DNA of 64,000 nucleotides, taken from contig OY969934.1 in the NCBI GenBank assembly GCA_963704725.1, forward strand, positions 2,528,001-2,592,000. Reading direction: 5' to 3'. The notes under the pieces are model-generated. The model ran no database searches, was not told the origin of the DNA, and was given only the letters and a program-made list of their open reading frames with translations. Origin of the DNA: an uncultured Actinomycetes bacterium. Its GTDB lineage: Bacteria; Actinomycetota; UBA4738; HRBIN12. Position numbers and translations under genes: made by a program. Each line of letters starts with the position of its first letter. Position 1 is the stretch's first letter. Shown here in pieces: positions 28,801 to 38,751 of the stretch.

Positions 28801-30330
28801 TCAGCTTCCCGGCAGCTTGAGCAGGATGAGCTGTCCGCCCTCCCGCTTGAGCGTGAGGCCGGGGACCGTCGTCGTGTCCTGGTCCACGAACACGTTGTGC
28901 GCCTGCACGTCCACCAGCCATGCTCCCGGACCGAACGCGCTCGAGGCGTCGACGATGCCGCTGGATTCCCACGCCGGATCGAGCACGGCCGCCACGACGC
29001 TCCACGTCCGCGTCGCGAAGTCGTAGCGCCAGATCCGGGACTGCGGCGCCTGCGAGGTGTCCTCCTGGACCATGAGGCTGTTCGCGCTCGTGTCCACGTT
29101 GTCCGGCTGGTGCATGACGTCGGGGTTGTCGTAGCCGCCGAGGTCGTTGTCCAGCAGGATCGAGAAGCTGAGGACGTGCTGCGGGTCTGCCGGATCGAGG
29201 ACCATCCGGAAGACGCGCCCGTTCGGGTAGGGACCGTTCGTCGTGCTGCTGCCGCGGGCGAGCCGGCCCGTCGTGGGGTCGGGGATGGCTCGCCGCTCGC
29301 CGGTGTCGGCGAAGTACACGACGTTCGGGTCGTTCTTGTCGTAGGTGATGTCCTCGACGCGGATGAACTGGAACACGTTGTTGCCGTTCGACCACTGCTC
29401 CAGGCCCGCCTGAGGTGCCAGCGACGTGGTCCCGTCGGCGACGTCGTCGGGCACGGGGATGAACTCGCCCTGCCAGTCGTCGCCGACCACGATGTCGCCG
29501 TAGTCGTTCGCGCCGTTGAACGGGTCGCCGGATCGACCGAGCCGTCCTGGGTCGCCGTGACGCGGAACGCGAGCAGCGTTCCGTCGTCCGCGACGAGGTC
29601 GTCCGGCGTCGCCGCCGAGTACTGGTAGAGCTGCGACGACGGCGCGGCGAACGTGTCGTCGCCGGTGAGCGCCACGACCTCGTCCCAGCCGCCCGGCACG
29701 ACGACGGTGTTCTCGTGGTTCATCCGGCCCATCCCCGCAACGACGTCGAACGACGCCGGTCGCGACGTCGAGCGCGATCGCGTAGCCGGCCTCGCGGTTC
29801 GGCGCCAGGGCCGGGTCCGGGCCGTACGGGGCGCCCGCCGGGACGGCGAGGTCGTCGTCCGACTCCTCGTTCGTCAGGTAGACGTACCGGTCGAACCCCT
29901 GTGCCGGGCCGGCCATGAACGACGAGCAGAACCGGATGAACCCGGCCGACGGCGGGACGGCCACCGAAGCCGAGAGGATCTGCCCGCTGCTCGTTCGGAT
30001 GGTGAGCCGTGAGACGGACGAGTCGACGAAGTCCGCCAGGCCCAGGAACGGCACGCGCGACTGCTCGTGGTTCACGAACACGTCGATCGTGTGCTTGGTC
30101 CCCGGAGCGAAGCCGATCCCGTCCGGGAGACCCTCGAACGTGAAGTCCCCGATCGTGTCCCCGCTGTTGATCAGCGGTCGGATCGAGGACTTGGCCGGGG
30201 CCCCGGATGCGAGCGACAGCATGGGGGTCCGCTTCACCGGACCCGGCGCCGCCAGACCCGGAGCCGCCGTCACCACCAACGCTCCCAGCGCCAAGCTCAC
30301 CACAAGCCTGGATCGCCGCATGCGCACCAC
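28801..30330 (-). CDS. Secreted PhoX/DUF839-like alkaline phosphatase with two compensating frameshifts (about 29754 and 29527)
   Basis: PDGIG, VNHE, RFCSS, TNEE, RVEDI, PDNV, QED, WESSGI; the expected MGRMNHEN...GDD segment lies in the 28794..29732 frame. Confidence 0.8.
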   Translation of the reverse strand: MVRMRRSRLVVSLALGALVVTAAPGLAAPGPVKRTPMLSLASGAPAKSSIRPLINSGDTIGDFTFEGLPDGIGFAPGTKHTIDVFVNHEQSRVPFLGLADFVDSSVSRLTIRTSSGQILSASVAVPPSAGFIRFCSSFMAGPAQGFDRYVYLTNEESDDDLAVPAGAPYGPDPALAPNREAGYAIALDVATGVVRRRCGDGPDEPREHRRRAGRLGRGRGAHRRRHVRRAVVAALPVLGGDAGRPRRGRRNAARVPRHGDPGRLGRSGDPFNGANDYGDIVVGDDWQGEFIPVPDDVADGTTSLAPQAGLEQWSNGNNVFQFIRVEDITYDKNDPNVVYFADTGERRAIPDPTTGRLARGSSTTNGPYPNGRVFRMVLDPADPQHVLSFSILLDNDLGGYDNPDVMHQPDNVDTSANSLMVQEDTSQAPQSRIWRYDFATRTWSVVAAVLDPAWESSGIVDASSAFGPGAWLVDVQAHNVFVDQDTTTVPGLTLKREGGQLILLKLPGS

Positions 30331-30399
30331 CTCCCTCCCCCCGCCGCCCGCAGCGGCGGACCCACATCCTTACCCAACCGGCTTGGCTCGCGCGAGGGG

Positions 30400-31233
30400 T
30401 CAGCGCAGGAGGCGCGACAGGCGCCGGTCGGCGAGGACCTTGCCGCCGGTCTGGCACGTGGGGCAGTACACGACCTCGTGGGATTCGTAGGAGACCCGAC
30501 GGAGGTCGTCGCCGCAGACGGGGCAGGGCTCGCCGGCCCGGCCGTGCACCGTGAAGTGGTCGCCGATCTTCGTGGGCAGGCCGCCCGACCGGCGGCGCTC
30601 GGCGTCGAGCGCGTCGGTCAGGACGTCGTGGACGGCCGCCCGCAGGGCCTCGCGCTGGGCCCGGTCGAGCTGGGCCAGGGACGCGTACGGCGAGAGCTTC
30701 GCGCGGTGGAGCACGTCGTCCGTGTAGCCCCGCCCGAGCCCGGCCACCGTGCGCTGGTCGCGGAGGATCGTGTGGACGCGGCGCGGGTCGTCGCCTTCAC
30801 CGAGGAGGCGTTCGAACTCGGGCGTGTCGGGCTCGGGGCCGAGCTTGGCGAGCGGTCCCTCGTCGCCCTCGGCGAGCACCCACCACCCCGCCTTGCGCTC
30901 CCGGCCGAACTCCTTCACCAGCAGCGAGGGCCGGCCCTCGAACCGGAGCCGGACGACAGCCCCCCGGGGCTTCGTCGACTTCGGCGGGTCCTCGACGTCC
31001 ACGCGGCCGCCCTGCGACAGGTGCGCCAGGATCCGCGGGCCCCCGAGCTCGAACACCAGGTACTTGCCCCTCCGGCCGACCCGCTCGAGCGTGCGCCCGG
31101 TGAGCTCGGCGGCGCGGGGCGTGACGGTCTTCAGCGACGAGAACTGCAGCACGTCCGCGGCCGCGAACGGACCGCCCCCCACCGCGACGGTGAGCCGCTC
31201 GGCGAGCGCCTGCACCTCGGGGAGCTCGGGCAC
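30400..31233 (-). CDS. Fpg/Nei family DNA glycosylase
   Basis: N-terminal PELPEV, RRGKYL, DQ..AGLG (H2TH), CPVC...CPTCQ zinc finger. Confidence 0.92.
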   Translation of the reverse strand: MPELPEVQALAERLTVAVGGGPFAAADVLQFSSLKTVTPRAAELTGRTLERVGRRGKYLVFELGGPRILAHLSQGGRVDVEDPPKSTKPRGAVVRLRFEGRPSLLVKEFGRERKAGWWVLAEGDEGPLAKLGPEPDTPEFERLLGEGDDPRRVHTILRDQRTVAGLGRGYTDDVLHRAKLSPYASLAQLDRAQREALRAAVHDVLTDALDAERRRSGGLPTKIGDHFTVHGRAGEPCPVCGDDLRRVSYESHEVVYCPTCQTGGKVLADRRLSRLLR

Positions 31234-32969
31234 TAGGCCCCGTGGCCGCGGCGTCCGTACGGCCGGACCGACGACACGCGAGCCGGCCCGGCGGGCTGCG
31301 CCGTCGCGTTCCACCACGACGTGTCGGCATCGACCGGCGCGTTCGCGCGCATGGCCCTCGCCATCATGGTCACCAGCCGGATCGACGGCGGCCCCCAGCA
31401 GTGGGGCTGGTCCGCCCCGTACTCGAAGCTCGCGTCCGCGGCCGGATCCACCAGGGCCTCGACCACGTGCTGGAACGCCGAGACTCCGTTGTTCAGGAAG
31501 AAGGTGTCGTCGTCCCCGACGAACAGTCGCAGCTTGCCCGTGAGCGATCCGCCGATCGTCGGCCACCGGTCCTGCACGACCAGGGACAGGTCCATCGATC
31601 GCCATTGCTCGGCCACCGCGTGGTCGATCTCGCCGGTCTGCTTGTCCCAGATCGGCGCCGGATAGCCGTCGGCTCCCTGCGGCCCGTAGACCGCCTGCCA
31701 GATGTCCCACTGGCCGAGCTGCGAACGCCCGTGCGTGCCGAGCGCCGCCTCGAAGTGGTTCTCCTGCTCCATCGTCCACAGCGTGTCGCCCGGGACCGTC
31801 CTGGCCGAGGGCCGCGGTGTCTGTTCGAAGGGGTAGCCGTTGAAGTACGCGTTGGGGTCCGCGTAGACGTTCACGAGCTGGTGCCACTCGAAGCTCATCG
31901 AGTCCGGGCACAGCCCCCACGCCCCTCCGTAGAAGTGCGGGTAGAAGATCTGCTGCGCGAGCGCCTCCCACCCGCCGGTCGACGCTCCCGTGAGCGTCCG
32001 GGCCCACGGCCGGTGGGTGATCCGGAACGCGTCCTGGACCGCCGGGACGAGCTCGTGCACGATCGCGTCGCCGTACGGCCCGAGGTTCGCGGAGTTCACC
32101 GCGTACGAGTCGTCGAAGAACGGGGTCTCGTGCCGAAGCTCCACGATGATCACCTGCGGCGCGCCTCCGGACAGCCACCACTCGGAGAACCGGTCGCCGC
32201 CCTCCTCCTGGAAGCCGAACGGCGCCCGTTGCGGGAAGTGGCCCTGGAGGTAGACGACCGGGTAGCGACGGTGCGCGTTCGCCGGATCCTGGTAGCCGGA
32301 GGGCAGCAGCACGTTCGCGCCGAGGAAGATCGGCGCCCCCCAGAACGCGCTGAGCAGGTCGCTCTGGATCTTGAGGTGCTTCACGAACGGCGTGTCGGGC
32401 GGGTTCCCCTGCTGGCACGTCCCGCCGTCCGGAACGGGATCCGAGGGTTCGATCGCTCGGTCGAGCTCGAGCGCGATCGTGCCGCTCGTCGGCGACAGGT
32501 GCATCGGGACGGGCGTGCTCATGAGATTGCCGGGAGAGTCGAGGAAGAAGCCCCCGTCGCCACACGGCTGGTGCAGCTTCACCGTCGAGCCGTCCGAGCG
32601 GCGGAACGTCGTGTACACGTTGAGGAAGGCCTGGACCGTGTAGTCGCCGGCCGGGAGATCGCCGAGCGAAGGGAACGGGTAGCCGAGGACGTTCGCGCTG
32701 CCGTCGACCATCATGGCCTCGCCGGGCGAGATGTTCGACACGTCGCGCCCCCAGAACGGCACGCCGCCGGCGACGAACACCTGGAACCGCGGGTCCGAGC
32801 TCGAGTCGTTGGAAACGATCACGAACACGCGGCCGTCCGCGTGCTCCGCCCGCACCGAGTCTTCGAACGTCACACGGAACGCGAGCGTCACGATCGTCTG
32901 GGCGTCGGCGCCGATCGGCACGAGCAGGGTCAGCGCGGCCAGGACGGCGAGCAGGGTCCTCCAGCGCAT
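31233..32969 (-). CDS. Secreted putative esterase (Fes-like alpha/beta hydrolase)
   Basis: Signal peptide; [32 protein letters not shown] nucleophile elbow. Confidence 0.85.
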   Translation of the reverse strand: MRWRTLLAVLAALTLLVPIGADAQTIVTLAFRVTFEDSVRAEHADGRVFVIVSNDSSSDPRFQVFVAGGVPFWGRDVSNISPGEAMMVDGSANVLGYPFPSLGDLPAGDYTVQAFLNVYTTFRRSDGSTVKLHQPCGDGGFFLDSPGNLMSTPVPMHLSPTSGTIALELDRAIEPSDPVPDGGTCQQGNPPDTPFVKHLKIQSDLLSAFWGAPIFLGANVLLPSGYQDPANAHRRYPVVYLQGHFPQRAPFGFQEEGGDRFSEWWLSGGAPQVIIVELRHETPFFDDSYAVNSANLGPYGDAIVHELVPAVQDAFRITHRPWARTLTGASTGGWEALAQQIFYPHFYGGAWGLCPDSMSFEWHQLVNVYADPNAYFNGYPFEQTPRPSARTVPGDTLWTMEQENHFEAALGTHGRSQLGQWDIWQAVYGPQGADGYPAPIWDKQTGEIDHAVAEQWRSMDLSLVVQDRWPTIGGSLTGKLRLFVGDDDTFFLNNGVSAFQHVVEALVDPAADASFEYGADQPHCWGPPSIRLVTMMARAMRANAPVDADTSWWNATAQPAGPARVSSVRPYGRRGHGA

Positions 32970-33002
32970 CGGGTCCTCCCCCTCAGGATGGCTGGCGCGA
33001 CT

Positions 33003-34403
33003 CTATCCGCCCGCGACGTCGCGCGCCGCGCGGCGGACGATCTGGATGCACTCGTCGATGCGGTCGCGATGGGTCCGGTGCGACAGGATGCACGCCCGGA
33101 CCGTGAAGCGCCCCTCGATCACCGTGCTCGACAGGAACACCCGCTTCGAGGCGTTGATGCCCGCGAGGAGGCGCTGGTTCGCGGCGTCGTCGAGATCGCG
33201 CAGGCGGAACGGCACGACGGTGAGCTCGGGCTGCCACGGCAGCTCGAGCTCGGGGATCGCCTTGAGCCCCTCGTACAGGCGCTCGGCCAGGTCGAGCTTC
33301 TCGTCCAGCGCCTCGCGGAACGCCGCAACCCCGTGCAGCTTCAACGGGAACCACACGCGGAGGCCACGGAAGCCGCGCGAGAGCTCGGCCGAGTACTCGG
33401 CGAAGTTCGGGATGTGGGCGTCGGCCGCGAGGTCTTGCAGGTAGGCGCTCGTGCCGACGTGGTGCGCCTCGCGGAGCTTCGCCCCGTCGCGGACGACAAG
33501 CGCGCCGGTCCCGTACGGCAGGAACAGGCCCTTGTGCGGGTCGAGCGTGATCGAGTCGGCCCGCTCGATGCCCCGGAACCGCTCGAGCCCCCGTTCGGTG
33601 AGCTGGAAGAACCCGCCGTACGCGGCGTCGACGTGGAGCCACAGTCTCTGGGCTGCCGCGACGCCGGCGATCTCGGCGATGGGGTCGATCGCGCCGGTGT
33701 TCGTGGTACCGGCCGAGGCCACCACCGCGAACGGCGTGAGACCGGCCGCGCGATCGTCCGCGATCCGCCGCCTGAGGGCGTCGACGTCCATCCGGAGCGA
33801 CGGGTCGGTCTCGACCGCGTGGACGTTGCCGACCGGGAAGCCGGCGAGCATGGCCGCCTTCGTCACCGAGGCGTGGACCTGCTCGCTGACGTAGAGCGTG
33901 CCCGAGAGGAAGTCCTCGGGGAGCCGGTCCTTGCGCGCCGCGACGATCGCCGAGAAGTTGGCGATCGACCCACCCGAGGTCAGCACGCCGCGCGACGCGG
34001 GCGGGAACGAGAACAGGTCGCACAGCCAGCGGACCACGTTGTTCTCGATCTGCGCGCCCACGGGCGCCGCTTCCCACAGGTTCACGAACCGATCGATCGT
34101 GTTGGACAGGAGGTCCGCGAGCGACGCGGCGTACAGGCCGCCGCCGGGGATGTAGGCGAGGAACCCCGGGCCGGCGTTGTCGTGCGCGTGGCGGGCGATC
34201 GTCTCCACCAGCTCGAGCAGCGGCCCGAACTCGCCCCCGGTCTCCGGCGGCGACTCGCGGTGCGCGTCGGCGGCCTCGACGGCCCCCTCGAGCCCGTGGG
34301 AGGCCGACTCGGGTCGGCGGCCCAGGAAGTCGATCGCGTAGGCAAGCGCCGCCTGGCCCATCTCCCGCATCTGCTCCGGTGACGGGTCGAGCGGGTAGCC
34401 CAT
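33003..34403 (-). CDS. Group II PLP-dependent amino acid decarboxylase (copy 2)
   Basis: TSGGSIAN, GTTNTGAIDP, WLHVDAAYGG, LDPHKG, ELSR.FRGL. Confidence 0.93.
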   Translation of the reverse strand: MGYPLDPSPEQMREMGQAALAYAIDFLGRRPESASHGLEGAVEAADAHRESPPETGGEFGPLLELVETIARHAHDNAGPGFLAYIPGGGLYAASLADLLSNTIDRFVNLWEAAPVGAQIENNVVRWLCDLFSFPPASRGVLTSGGSIANFSAIVAARKDRLPEDFLSGTLYVSEQVHASVTKAAMLAGFPVGNVHAVETDPSLRMDVDALRRRIADDRAAGLTPFAVVASAGTTNTGAIDPIAEIAGVAAAQRLWLHVDAAYGGFFQLTERGLERFRGIERADSITLDPHKGLFLPYGTGALVVRDGAKLREAHHVGTSAYLQDLAADAHIPNFAEYSAELSRGFRGLRVWFPLKLHGVAAFREALDEKLDLAERLYEGLKAIPELELPWQPELTVVPFRLRDLDDAANQRLLAGINASKRVFLSSTVIEGRFTVRACILSHRTHRDRIDECIQIVRRAARDVAGG

Positions 34404-34414
34404 GGACGCGGAGC

Positions 34415-34624
34415 CTACCCCGGCAGGCGCGCGGTGACGGACTCGAGGAGCCGGCGAGACGCCGCCGCCACCTCGTCGACCGCAGCCGCGAAGGCCTCCT
34501 CGTGGCGCTTGGAGGGTGCCCGGAACCCGCTCACCTTCCGCACGTACTGGAGGGCGGCCTCCTGGATCTCCTGCTCGGTCGCGGGGACGTCGCCCTCACG
34601 CAGTCGCTTGATGCTTCGGCACAT
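34415..34624 (-). CDS. DUF2277 family protein
   Basis: MCRSIKRL...AALQYVRKVSGF...AF..AV. Confidence 0.88.
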   Translation of the reverse strand: MCRSIKRLREGDVPATEQEIQEAALQYVRKVSGFRAPSKRHEEAFAAAVDEVAAASRRLLESVTARLPG

Positions 34625-34690
34625 GGGCCCGATGGTACCGGCTGCGCGGCGTGCGAAGATGGGCGGGCGCACCAGGACGGAGGGACGCAG

Positions 34691-35545
34691 GTGAAGGCCG
34701 ACGCGGAGCGCGACCGCAAGAAGGACACGCACCTCGATGCGGAGGACCGCCGCAGCAAGATCCCGAAGAAGGCGTACGAGAAGGAGCTCCGCCGCCTCCA
34801 GGAGGAGCTCGTGAAGATGGAGGACTGGGTGGCGGCGACCGGGGCGCGGATCGTGGTCCTGTTCGAGGGCCGCGACGCCGCGGGCAAGGGCGGCACGATC
34901 AAGCGGATCACCCAGTACATGAACCCCCGCATCACGCGGATCGTGGCGCTGCCCAAGCCCACCGAGCGCCAGCGGACCCAGTGGTACTTCCAGCGGTACG
35001 TCGACGAGCTGCCCGCGGCGGGCGAGATCGCCCTGTTCGACCGGAGCTGGTACAACCGCGCCGGCATCGAGAAGGTCCTGGGGTTCTGCACGCCCGAGGA
35101 GCACCTGCGGTTCCTCCGGCAGTGCCCGACCGTCGAGCGACTGATGACCGAGGACGGCATCACGCTCATCAAGTACTGGTTCTCGGTCTCGGACCAGGAG
35201 CAGGAGCGGCGGTTCCGGGCCAGGATCGACGACCCGATCCGCCGGTGGAAGCTCTCGGAGACCGACCTGTTCTCGCGCTCGCGCTACGTCGACTACTCGC
35301 GGGCGCGGGACGAGATGTTCGTGCACACCGACATCCCCGAGGCGCGTTGGTACATCGTCGAGGCCGACGACAAGCCGAGGGCCCGGCTCAACTGCATCTC
35401 GCACCTGCTGTCGATGATCCCCTACCAGCGCGTGGACCATCCCCGCATCGAGATCCCCCCGCGCCAGCCCGACGGCGGCTACCTTCGCCCGCCGCGCGAG
35501 GCCTTCCTCGCGGTCCCCGACCACGCGTCGACGCTGACCTCGTAG
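34691..35545 (+). CDS. ppk2: Polyphosphate kinase 2
   Basis: FEGRDAAGKGG, QWYFQRY, FDRSWYNRAG, RWKLS; GGAGGG RBS. Confidence 0.95.
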   Translation: MKADAERDRKKDTHLDAEDRRSKIPKKAYEKELRRLQEELVKMEDWVAATGARIVVLFEGRDAAGKGGTIKRITQYMNPRITRIVALPKPTERQRTQWYFQRYVDELPAAGEIALFDRSWYNRAGIEKVLGFCTPEEHLRFLRQCPTVERLMTEDGITLIKYWFSVSDQEQERRFRARIDDPIRRWKLSETDLFSRSRYVDYSRARDEMFVHTDIPEARWYIVEADDKPRARLNCISHLLSMIPYQRVDHPRIEIPPRQPDGGYLRPPREAFLAVPDHASTLTS

Positions 35546-35555
35546 CGCCGGGTCC

Positions 35556-35602
35556 TTGCCCGGGTCGGCGACTCACCCTATGCTGCTCGAACGCATGTTC
35601 GA
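35556..35602 (+). promoter_or_regulatory. Sigma-A-type promoter with LexA (SOS) box
   Basis: TTGCCC-17bp-TATGCT (35556-35584) followed by TCGAAC-GCAT-GTTCGA (35587-35602). Confidence 0.8.
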
Positions 35603-37622
35603 CGCCCTGGAACGGCTCAACCCCGAGCAGCGCGCCGCCGTGGAGCACCTCGGCGGGCCCCTGCTCGTGGTGGCGGGCGCCGGCTCGGGCAAGACGTGGA
35701 CGCTGGCCTGCCGGGTGGCGCGCCTCGTCGACCGCGGCGTGCCCCCGGAGCGGATCCTGCTCCTCACGTTCACGCGCCGGGCTGCCCGGGAGATGCTCCG
35801 CCGCGCGCAGACGCTCACGGCGGGCGGCGGGGTGGGGCGGGTGTGGGGCGGGACGTTCCACGCCACCGCCAACCGGCTGCTGCGGGTCCACGGTCGGGCG
35901 CTGGGCCTGCCCCCCGGGTTCACCGTGCTGGACCGGACCGACACCGCCGACCTCATGGACCTGATCCGCGGCGAGCTGGGGCTCGGCGAGGGCGAGCGAC
36001 GGTTCCCGCGCAAGGAGACGCTCGCCGACGCCTACTCCCGCACCGTCAACGCACAGACCAAGCTGGCCGACGTCCTGGAGCGCGAGTACCCGTGGTGCGC
36101 GGACGAGATCGACGGCATCCGTTCGATCTTCGAGCGCTACGTCGAGCGCAAGCGCGGCCAGAACGCGCTCGACTACGACGACCTCCTGCTCTACTGGCAC
36201 GCGCTGGGGCGACATCCGGCGGCGGGGGCCGCGGTCCGCGAGCTCTTCGACCACATCCTCGTGGACGAGTACCAGGACACGAACGCCCTGCAGGCGGACA
36301 TCCTGTCGGCGCTGCGTCCGGACGGTCGAGGGCTCATGGTGGTCGGCGACGACGCCCAGGCCATCTACGCGTTCCGCTCGGCCACGGTGCGCAACATCCT
36401 GGAGTTCCCCGAGCGCTTCCCCGGCACCACGATCGTGAAGCTGGAACGCAACTACCGCTCGACGCGGCCGATCCTGCACGCGACGAACGCCGTGATCGCG
36501 CTCTCGCCGCAACGGCACGAAAAGACGCTGTGGACGGAGCGAGCGGATGGCGAACGCCCCTTGCTCGTCACCTGTCTCGACGAGCGCGATCAGGCCGACG
36601 ACGTGTGCCGGGCGATCCTCGAGCACCGCGAGCGCGGCACACCGCTGAAGGAGCAGGCGGTCCTGTTCCGCGCCGGACACCACAGCGACGTGCTCGAGGT
36701 CGAGCTCACGAGACGGAACATCCCGTTCGTGAAGTACGGCGGCTTGAAGTTCCTCGAGTCGGCCCACGTGAAGGACGCGCTCGCGGTGCTCCGGATCGCC
36801 GACAACCCTCGCGACGAGGTCTCGTGGTTCCGCGTGCTGCAGCTCCTGGACCGGGTGGGACCGACGGGAGCCCGGCGCCTGATGGCGGCGATCGGCGTGA
36901 CGGCCCCCGGCGACCCCATGGTGCGCTTCCTGGAGCAGGCGATCGCCGTTCCGGCCGCGGCCCGGACCGAGCTCGACGGGCTCCGGGAGGCGTTCCGCGA
37001 CCTCGCCGACGGCCGCCCGCCGGCCTCCCAGGCCGAGCGGGTCCGGCGATTCCTCGAGCCGCTCCTGCGCCGCCGGTACGACCAGCCCGAACCGCGCCTG
37101 CGCGACCTGGAGCAGCTCGAGCAGCTCGCCGCCGGGTTCGAGACACGCGAGCGGTTCGTCACCGACCTCACGATCGACCCGCCCGTCTCGACCTCGGACC
37201 TGGCCGGGTCGCCGCACCTGGACGAGGACTACGTGATCCTGTCGACGATCCACTCGGCCAAGGGCGGCGAGTGGGACGTCGTCCACGTGATCCACGCGGC
37301 CGACGGCATGATCCCCTCCGACATGGCCACCGGCGACCCCGACCAGATCGAGGAGGAGCGCCGGCTGTTCTACGTCGCGCTCACGCGGGCGCGAGACACC
37401 CTTCGGGTGACGTTCCCGCTCCGGTACCACCGCTCCAACCGCGGGCTCGAGGACCGGCACTGGTATGCGCAGCTCACCCGGTTCCTGCCCGAGGAGGTGC
37501 GCGGGAGGTTCACGCTCGGCACCACGTACTCGGACGCCGGGCCGGACGCTCCGCTCGCGGTCGCGACGAGCGGGACGGCCGGCGCCGTCGACGCGCTGCT
37601 CGCGGGCCTGTGGTCGGAGTGA
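35595..37622 (+). CDS. UvrD/PcrA-like ATP-dependent DNA helicase
   Basis: LNPEQ, AGAGSGKT, TFTRRAA, VDEYQD, VGDDAQAIYAFR, NYRS, STIHSAKG, EERRLFYVALTRA. Confidence 0.95.
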   Translation: MFDALERLNPEQRAAVEHLGGPLLVVAGAGSGKTWTLACRVARLVDRGVPPERILLLTFTRRAAREMLRRAQTLTAGGGVGRVWGGTFHATANRLLRVHGRALGLPPGFTVLDRTDTADLMDLIRGELGLGEGERRFPRKETLADAYSRTVNAQTKLADVLEREYPWCADEIDGIRSIFERYVERKRGQNALDYDDLLLYWHALGRHPAAGAAVRELFDHILVDEYQDTNALQADILSALRPDGRGLMVVGDDAQAIYAFRSATVRNILEFPERFPGTTIVKLERNYRSTRPILHATNAVIALSPQRHEKTLWTERADGERPLLVTCLDERDQADDVCRAILEHRERGTPLKEQAVLFRAGHHSDVLEVELTRRNIPFVKYGGLKFLESAHVKDALAVLRIADNPRDEVSWFRVLQLLDRVGPTGARRLMAAIGVTAPGDPMVRFLEQAIAVPAAARTELDGLREAFRDLADGRPPASQAERVRRFLEPLLRRRYDQPEPRLRDLEQLEQLAAGFETRERFVTDLTIDPPVSTSDLAGSPHLDEDYVILSTIHSAKGGEWDVVHVIHAADGMIPSDMATGDPDQIEEERRLFYVALTRARDTLRVTFPLRYHRSNRGLEDRHWYAQLTRFLPEEVRGRFTLGTTYSDAGPDAPLAVATSGTAGAVDALLAGLWSE

Positions 37623-37632
37623 CGGCTCGCCC

Positions 37633-38751
37633 TCAGACGCCCGCGGCGAGCGGCGCCGGATCGTAGGCGCAGGCCGGATCCTCGCCGAGCGGGTCGCCGG
37701 TCGCGGCGAACGCGCGGGAACGCGACCCGCCGCACGCATCCGCGAACCCGCACACGCCGCACCGCCCCGAGAACTCGGCGGCGCGGATCGAGCGCAGGAG
37801 GGCGCTGTCCCGGTAGACGCGGACGACGTCGTCCATGCAGACGTTGCCGAGGCGCACGGGCAGGAACCCGGAGGGGTAGAGATCGCCGGCGTGCGACACG
37901 AACAGGATCCCCTTGCCGTCCCGCGTCCCCACGCTCTGCGCTCGCGACCGTTCGGTTGCCGGGCCGAGGAGCCGCCGGAGCCGAGCCGAGAGCGATCCCC
38001 CGAGCGATCCGGGCCGCGAGGCCGCCTCCACGCCGGCCTCACGCGCCGACACCACGCGACGGAAGAAGGGCGCCTCGACCGTCCGCACGACGAAGCCGTA
38101 CCGCGACGCGTCGTACAGGAACCGGGTCACGTCCTCGTGCTCGGCCGGCGAGAGCTCCTCGAGGTCGGTCCCCCGTCCCACCCGGATCAGGAAGAACACC
38201 TCCCAGATCCTCGCCCCCCATCCACGCACGAGGGCGGCGACGTCGGCGAGCTCGCGGACGTTGCGGCGCATCACGGTCGTGTTGATCTGGACGTCGAGCC
38301 CCTCCTCCACGAGCATGCGGACGGCTTCCTCGGTCCGCGCGAAGTGGCCGGCCACGCCGCGGATCGACTCGTGGGTGTCGGGCCGGGCCCCGTCGAGGCT
38401 GATCGAGACGGTCCTCGCCCCGGCCTCGCGCATCCGGACCGCGGCCGCGCGGTGAAGGAGCGGCGTGACGCTCGGCGCGAACCCGATGGGGAGCCCGCGA
38501 GCGCGCGCCCGCTCGGCGAGCTCGAACAGGTCGGCCCGCCGGAACGGGTCTCCTCCCGTGAAGATCAGGACCGGTCGGTTGGGCTCGAAGCGGGCGAGGT
38601 CGTCGACGAGCCGCATCCCGTCCGCGGTCGAGAGCTCTCCCGGGAGCGGCTCCGAGATCGCTTCCGCGCGGCAGTGCCGGCACGCCAGGCCGCACGCCCT
38701 CGTCGTCTCCCAGAACACGAGGATGGGAGCCAGGTCGAAGTTCACCGGCAT
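37633..38751 (-). CDS. Radical SAM/SPASM protein, TIGR04053 (NirJ/AhbD-related) type
   Basis: WETTRACGLACRHCRA, TGGDP, RDGKGILFVSH.G..YPSGFLP, CGVC.F...CGGSRSRA, DPAC. Confidence 0.88.
   Translation of the reverse strand: MPVNFDLAPILVFWETTRACGLACRHCRAEAISEPLPGELSTADGMRLVDDLARFEPNRPVLIFTGGDPFRRADLFELAERARARGLPIGFAPSVTPLLHRAAAVRMREAGARTVSISLDGARPDTHESIRGVAGHFARTEEAVRMLVEEGLDVQINTTVMRRNVRELADVAALVRGWGARIWEVFFLIRVGRGTDLEELSPAEHEDVTRFLYDASRYGFVVRTVEAPFFRRVVSAREAGVEAASRPGSLGGSLSARLRRLLGPATERSRAQSVGTRDGKGILFVSHAGDLYPSGFLPVRLGNVCMDDVVRVYRDSALLRSIRAAEFSGRCGVCGFADACGGSRSRAFAATGDPLGEDPACAYDPAPLAAGV

Noticed and set aside
37633-38751. Radical SAM/SPASM as a RiPP maturase
   Set aside because: No adjacent precursor peptide or PqqD domain; coupled to hemY
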